NCBI RefSeq assembly: GCF_040938485.1
Contig: NW_027271168.1
Location: 1,240,001 to 1,304,000, forward strand
Source of the DNA: Diadema antillarum
Taxonomy: Eukaryota
Reading direction: 5' to 3'
DNA length: 64,000 nucleotides
Under the pieces are notes generated by a model. It did no database searches. It worked only from the letters and a program-made list of their open reading frames with translations, and was not told where the DNA came from. Below are positions 56,673-64,000 of this stretch, one piece after another. Position 1 is the first letter of the stretch. Each line of letters starts with the position of its first letter. Position numbers and translations under genes: made by a program.

Positions 56673-59429
56673 AGCTAATTAAACATTTCCATTCCAGTTA
56701 CAACTGATTTCCAATGAGGTTTAGAGTAGACTGGCATATTAGAAACTGCTAGCAGAAAGGAGGTTTGAGATATATAAATAAAAAAGTTCAGAAAGTTTTG
56801 TAATTTTACAGAGCAGGAGTTTACAAAAGACTTGCATGATTCTAACAGTTAGATGCGCAAAAGTTACAGAGACTGAGTGCTACACAGAGCTAAAAGAATA
56901 GAAAAGTGAAGAACAGCTCGAAACACACTAAGTGAGAGTTGGCAGCCCTGTCAGGTGCATACTTAACTGTTAAGTGGCTACTTTTTACTTATTTTGAAAG
57001 ACTAAAGGGAAATATACCTTCAATTGCAACTATCACTTTAATCTTTTGAGCTATGCCGATTGTTATAGGCTAGGCCCAAGTTGCAGACTTTGCCCGATGC
57101 GTGAGAAAAATGGGTGCCATGCGTGAGACCGTGAGATGGCCCCTAAATGCTTGAGTCTCACTCAGAATGCGTGAGACTTGGTAGCTCTGTTATGTGATAC
57201 ATTGTTTTTGTATTGATAATCGCAATCAGCTAGCTGCGCTGGTTGGCTTACACTGTCACTGCAGCATGCAGAGGCAGTCAGACTGCAGATAGTGCAGTGC
57301 AGTGTTACTGTTGTTAATTACGGTGTGTTACTAGTGACAGTGTTAGTGTTACTTTACTTATTAGCTCAGAACTTAATAACTTCTTACAATCTTACTAAAC
57401 TTAGGCCAAGTGGCTAACTCTTACAACTTCTTACATACAAATGTCCGGTTGACTTGACAGCGCAGGCCAAAGCAATTCTTGGGTTGAAAACAAGTTCTTA
57501 GTGGACGTTACATACTAGTTCATTTATAACCAAAAATAACACGACATCTTCTGCCCAACAAAACACCGTCCTCCGCCTCAGCCTCGTCTGACCTGTGAAC
57601 GTTACACAACCAACCACTATTAAGGTAGGTAAGGTACCGGGTTTATGTACTAGACCCTCTAGTTCTACTTCAAAACAGCACACGATAGTTCCATTGACCA
57701 AACACTGAAACATGAATAGTTGCAATGATACAAAGATAGCAATTAAAAAGCTAATCGACAAATCAACAAATCAAACAAGTACGTGTACTACAACACATTA
57801 CTTCCCCCCCCCCCCCCCCCCACCCCGGCCCCCATACTATATCATACTAATTATTGTGACAACAAGGGTCTGAATGATAGACATTTGATTCGAGAGGTCA
57901 CCTGATGGGTAGTGCTTTATGTTGGGGGAGTGATCAATCACGTGATAGGCGCGCGTGCTGGTGGTGGTGGTGGTGGACTACCAGTACCCCATTTTACAAA
58001 ATTAATATCATCTCTTCTCTTGTCATGCTTGTAGTTAGTTGCTTGAATGGGAACTTCCATAACAGCAACAGCCAACAGCCCATCAAGAAGCTGGGTTATT
58101 GTCATTACCATAACAATTGCCATCACTTAGAGTTGCTACCGGAGTTGCTATCGTATCAATATACTAGTATATATTTTTTTGATAGTTATGGGATTTCTGG
58201 GATCCGTTTCATGAAGTCATCACAAATCAAAAATATAAATGAATAGATAGATAAATAAATAAATAAATAAGAATGAAAAAAACAGTTACCTAACAAATCT
58301 AAGAATGGCCAAAGTCGTTCATAACAGGTGATATGGGCATATTTCTATGAGAGATTTTCAACGAGAGATAAAATTCCATTTCATGGAGTCTCTCATTTTA
58401 ACCGTGCCATAAAGATAGCCTAGTATGACAATATATAATGACATGCGATTTTGCAGCGTAACGGTATTTCTAAAGACCTGTTTGGATCATCACTCAGAAA
58501 GGAAAATATCTGTAAGATACAGCCTTGATGATGTATAGTAGCATATAGGACATGAATAAATGAATAAAGAAAAAGTTTACCTCGCTCAGTTCAGCATAAT
58601 TAAGTAAGCTTCTAACCCAATGTTTGATATATTGTGTATTGATCTATACCTGCTTTGCATTTTCCCCTCTTGCAGGTGTTAGAAAATGATTTTTTTTTTT
58701 TTTTTTTTTTGGCGGGTGAGCGTGAGATGGTTTGATGTGGAGTGAGACTCACGTTGTAGGAGTAAGACTTGGTATAGGTCTGCTATATGGCTTGGATTTG
58801 AATTTGAATTTGAATTTGAATTTATTTGTTCAGCATTAAAGACAAAACAACAGACTCATGGCAATGATAAACAATGATGACAAGCACAGAGTAAAGACGG
58901 ATCTATGGAATTTGATAAGCTGGAGCTTAGGAAGCAGCCAACGAGAAACTAAATTAAAAGTTTCCTTAAAATCTGGCTGACCAAGATAAGCAATAAAAAA
59001 ATGCATTGGTTGTAATCATTCTAATATTTTTAGACAAAAAGATGAACAAATATACAGATGTAAGAACAAAACAAAAAGAAACACAACAATGATACACGAA
59101 ACACTACATTTACATTACGAAGACAGTACAAACACAAAGTGAGTTACAGATAAAGTAATGCCAGCCAAGCATATCAAGAAGTTAGGAATGATAGTTTTGT
59201 ATAAATTCTCCTTATTACTTTCGAATACATTAAAAGAGGTAACTTTACGAATTATCATCTGGTATTGAATTCCACAAGCGAACCTTGATAAAACACAAAT
59301 TTCTGAAATAATCATGTTCTTACTTTTGGCGTGTGAAAATTCTCAGTGGTACAGTAAGGATGAATATGGCAATTTAAAGAGAATTAATGCAGCAGAGAAC
59401 TGGTAAAAAGAAAGTACCTAACCGGATGG

Positions 59430-59819
59430 TTAAAGGGTGTGTACAGTTCTGGTCGAGGTGAGGATTTGGCTTTTAACGTTTTGCGAGATATTCAGAAACC
59501 ACTCTATGTCAAAAAGCATGAAATTGTAAAGGGTATCAAAAGTTTATTTGATGAAAATCGGTTTTGAAATGGCTGAGATATCCAAAAACAAGGTGAAACA
59601 AAGAGATCCTAATAAAAGACGTGGCCTGTCGCCTTTTATTATTATCATCACTTTTTTGGATAGCTCAGCCATTTGAAAACCGATTTTCATCAAATAAACG
59701 TTGAATCCTTCTTAAAATTACATGCTCTTTCATATTTCATAAGAGGTTTCTCATTATTTCACTTAGGAATGTTCAAAACATGAATCCCCACCTCAACCAG
59801 TACTGTACAGTTCCTTTAA
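59430..59819. mobile_element. Second TTAA-flanked MITE family (degenerate relatives at ~9220-9580, ~29260-29580, ~38485-38900)
   Basis: TTAA|AGGGTGTGTACAGTTCTGGTCGAGGTG...CACCTCAACCAGTACTGTACAGTTCCT|TTAA. The core tttatttgatgaaaa..g.ttt.gaa.tg.ctga.a.atccaaaa is shared with the other three loci. Confidence 0.75.
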
Positions 59820-60616
59820 GGCCTACCTAAGTCTTGGTAATTGCATGTGATGATCATGAGATTGTGATGATTACAGAAGTTGCAGTTGGTGGTCCCAGTA
59901 AAATAGGAGTGATGCCATGGACTGCTATATGTTTATGTTAAATTATTTCCTTACAATTTGATTTCTTTTCTATATTAGACTCTGTGCTAAATGTTTTAGG
60001 ACTATCACACTCTGAGCAAAGGTCAAGTAGTAAATTGAAATACTCAGTGTACATTCCATATTAACAAAGGTTGATGATTGATTATGAACTTAAATTTACA
60101 GGGTTTTTTCTAATGTAGAAATTTATTGGAGAATCATTTTTTTAACAATCAAGGCTTATTTATTATGATTAAAACTGTTTGCTTGTATCTAATCTTTGTC
60201 TATTGTATATTATGTGTCATACTCGCATGCTCATGCAAAATATGTACAGTATATACGATCGAGGCCTACATTATTCACATTATGTCTATGTTTTGTTGTT
60301 CATAAACTCCAGCTCATATCATAAGTTCTTGAAATAAGTTCTTTTTCCTCCAGAATGGTCTGCATACGATCATGTTACAAGTTTATAGAATGCATGCACG
60401 TTTGACACATTTATGCTACTTCGCCATGGGGGTATAAGCTATTTAGTTGCCATTGTTTGTTTGCTTGTCTATGGTGCCCGTTACAACAGATATTGATGAA
60501 ATTCTTATAGATGAGCCAATTTATCATAGAAATAAGAGATGAGTATAGATGGGTCCTGTATACCAAGCTGATTATAAATTGTCAGAGGTGGGTGATTATA
60601 ATGACGTTGACGTTAA

Positions 60617-62290
60617 AGCCCCCGTTCCACTGTCACGATTTGGACCCCGATCTGTCCCGATCTAGCAGATCGGGAGAGAGCGGCAAAAGCGTACGGGGAT
60701 CGGAAACATCGTAGCAGCAGCGTGTGGAGGTCGGGGTTGGAGCGGGCAGTTTTTCAGTTCGGGAAGAAATTTTGAACCGGTTCAAAATTTCTTCCCGATC
60801 TCCCCGATCAAAATTGACATATTTTTAATCGTACGGCAAGCGGGGAGAGCGTAGTTACAGCGTAAACGCAGCGGGGAGAGCGTAATGACGGCGTAAACGC
60901 AGCGGGATGAGCGTAACAAGGTCTTTCTGAGCGTAGTAACATCGGCACAAGAACGGGAAGTAATTTCAGCTGTAATTTTCGAAGAAGAAGAAGAGATGAA
61001 GGAAAAGAAGAGAAGAAAGCAGCGAAGCAGCTACCCAAAAGGCGAAGAAAGAGAGACTACACGTGATGCTGAAAGTGGAGGAAGAGGACATAGCAGAATT
61101 TTGAAGAATATGAAATCATCTACAACCGGAGGAAGACGGACTATAAAAGCAAGGACATCAAGAAAAATCCTTTGAAAAATCAGCACGTCTTTGTTTATAC
61201 AATGCATTGCTGCAAAAGAACCGTGAGTTGAGGAGGCTCTTCAAGTTCAAGTTCAAGTTGATTTATTTCACTTCCAACAAACAAATAATAAAAAATACAA
61301 AGAAACGCTCATATACACAGACGTCATGAAATCAGTACCACAATGCGATGAACAGAATAACATTGTAAAAGAGATACAGGCAAATCATCAACAGAGATAC
61401 AAATAACAGTTACGTCACTGTGGTAAATGCATACAAAATATTGCTGGAAATGGAGGGGACTGCTAAAAGGCAGAGCTTGTAGTATTAGAATGCAGTCCCC
61501 TCATAGAGAAAAATATATAATTGCAAAAAACAACAACAACAAATTTCCCTAAGCGGTAGCAAAAAAAAAAAGAGTAATACACACATACATGCACATATAC
61601 GTACGCACATTAACAAACACATGGCGGCTCTCTTGTAAGGAAAAAATTGATGAGAGGATAGAAAGATATAGTAGTGAAGAAGGTAGTAAGTCCGAGGTGG
61701 ACAAGGGGGGGGGGAGGAGGGGAGAGGAGAGGGAAATGGTGGTCATAACCAGGGCACTGGAGGCACAGAAGCACGGGCTCGCTGATGAAGAAAGAGTAGT
61801 GAGAATAACGAAGCAACAACAACTTTGAAAATCAAAAGTAAAAAAAGAAGAATGAATCTTCGAGGTCCACAGTATATTTCTTCGGTTCTGCATGCTAATA
61901 AGTTGACTGACTGCTGATCCACAGTCGAATCGGGGTACATCGGGGCACATCGGGCACTTTTCAGCTCTCTGAACGGGGTAACAGCGTGATAAGGTCGTAT
62001 AGATCGTTCAGAGCGTAGATACAGCGTGCATTGATCGGATAACATCGGCAACATCGCACTAACAGCGTAGCTACATCGTTCTAAAGCGTACCGGCAGCGG
62101 CAGAGATCGCAATGTCTAATTCCCGATCATCGTAGTAAGAGCGTAGCAAGCACTTGGTAGTCGTAACTGCAGCGTACTTAGAGCGTTCTAACATCGTACT
62201 GTGTCCAGATCGGCTCAGGTTTTACCCGATCCTTCCCGACCTGAGAAAATTGTCAAATCGTAGCGAGAACGGCATAGTGGAACGGGGGCT
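60617..62290. mobile_element. PIF/Harbinger-type non-autonomous DNA transposon with a degenerate MADF-like remnant
   Basis: TAA|AGCCCCCGTTCCACT...AGTGGAACGGGGGCT|TAA (15-bp TIR, 3-bp TAA TSD) with subterminal agcgta repeats. Near 61070-61170 a broken frame reads EEEDIAEF/EEYEIIYNRRKTDYKSKDIKK. Confidence 0.8.
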
Positions 62291-63349
62291 TAACCTTATA
62301 TTGGCGGGGGTTCGTGATCTCTCCTTGTGCCATGTAGGGCCTATCTAATTTATATTTGCTTTCTGACTTCGTAGGCCCATATTGTGCGAACAAAGTGAAC
62401 ATCTTTTCATGAAGTTTTTGACTACTTTTGTTAAAGGGAGCAGAGTTGGGAGCCCAATATCAGTAGCTCCGCCACTGTACACAATATTATTCGGAAAATT
62501 ATCAATCAAAAAAGTACATGTACATTATATACTTTGGTTAATTTCTAAAGTTGCAAGAAAAGAATAATAAACCAGATTATTTTGTTGTCGCGTGATCGAA
62601 GACAAGAACAATAATCTATCTTTTTTTTCTGTTTTAATTTTCTGTCTCTCTATTAATAACTTCAATAGATATATACACAAAAGTTCAAATTGTTGTGCAG
62701 TTTGCGGAGAAGATAGCACGAGTAACATATTGGAAATGATTTTCAAGAAATTGAACGTAGAGCATACGTTCGTATCTCTGTCATGTCTGTAATCGTGGAG
62801 CTCTATGACACAATTCACAGTGTAATTACGTAGGGCATACGTACGCGCCTCTCTACGTAGCGAACGTTGGACATCATAGCGCAGAAGGCGCCACACATAC
62901 TGCGCGTGCACAGAACCCTTGTGTAAACGTGTACACACACGGCCGCCAGCCGGCCACCCGGTACCGTACATGTATACAATGTACAATGTACGTGCAAACA
63001 AGCGACGCATGCATTCAGTTGCATGAGCATCGAAGGTGAAGTCGAATCAAGAATCCAGCATAAAATCTGTGAAATTTCATCGAAAGGGGTCTTAAGAATT
63101 GACTGTTTGGTGTTTGATTCAACGTAAGTACATATATTGTTTTGTGGCATTATTGTACTTGATGTCCCCAGGGTACATCAACGTTTTTACGTTTAGAAAT
63201 ACGTACGATCATGGAGCGGCTACTGTCGTTGGGAGAGAGATTGCTAGCGGTAGCGCTCTTTTGTAGTTTAGTGTGACCGTGAAAGTAGTTCCAGTTGAAC
63301 GGGGGTTCGGGGGTGTCCCCCGTATCTAATCTCACATCGTTCGCTATCA

Positions 63350-64000
63350 AAGCTTGAGAGCTAAAGCTCGTCTCTCTATAATTACTTGCACTTGGTGCCC
63401 CCAAAAACGCGTGAAAGCAGTTCCGGTGAAGTAAAAAAGCATTTCTAGCCGCCCTTCATTCACATCGATACCGACACTTAATTTAACCTTGATAGCTAAA
63501 AGCTCGTCTCTCTATATTTACTTGCACTTGGTGCCCCCAAACAATCCCCATATTTCAGAACGTTTATTCAGAAGTTTGTATTCCACTAACCCCGTTTTCC
63601 CCTCTTTTTCTAGTTCTAGCCGCGCAAGCCTTCATTTACATCGATAGCGAATTAACCTTGAGAGCTAGAGCTCGTCTCTCTATATTTACTTGCACTTGGT
63701 GCCCCCAAAAACGCGTGAAAGCAGTTCCGGTGAAGTAAAAAAACATTTCTAGCGGCCCTTCATTCACATCGATACCTAATTTAACCTTGATAGCTAAAGC
63801 TCGTCTCTCTATATTTACTTGCACTTGGTGCCCCCAAACAATCCCCATATTTCAGAACGTTTATTCAGAAGTTTGTATTCCACTAACCCCGTTTTCCCCT
63901 CTATTTCTAGTTCTAGCCGCGCAAGCCTTCATTTACATCGATAGCGAATTAACCTTGATAGCTAGAGCTCGTCTCTCTATATTTACTTGCACTTGGTGCC
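63350..64000. repeat. Tandem repeat with alternating ~130/~168-bp subunits (~300-bp period), running off the window end
   Basis: agct.aagctcgtctctctatatttacttgcacttggtgcc recurs at ~63360, 63494, 63662, 63793 and 63960. Confidence 0.88.

Overview
AT-rich eukaryotic genomic DNA from an animal, probably a marine invertebrate; a sea urchin-like echinoderm is my guess from the repeat landscape only. It has spliceosomal introns, many MITEs, Helentron-type elements, SINEs and microsatellites, and four N-gaps. I reconstructed four spliced genes by hand, each with GT-AG introns and consistent phases. Three are paralogues of a small family I do not recognise, which the ORF track fragments or misses. 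They share a 4-exon structure (intron phases 0/2/0): a Pro/Tyr N-terminal exon ending VEQ, a Pro/Thr and Glu/Arg-rich exon, a Cys-rich hydrophobic CCLL/CLLCC segment and an acidic (Asp-Cys)n tail. Genes A (6551->1523, minus) and B (17233->10860, minus) are a tandem duplication, and B has an in-frame TGA. Gene C (21896->37593, plus) is divergently oriented and has 26 Cys, 7 His and 22 Asp in its last ~100 aa. The fourth gene (54996->46813, minus, 8 coding exons, 749 aa) is an HHIP-like (HHIPL) protein whose C-terminus is a netrin/NTR (C345C)-type module rather than the SRCR or EGF domains known from vertebrate relatives. No database searches were run; family calls come from motif recognition.
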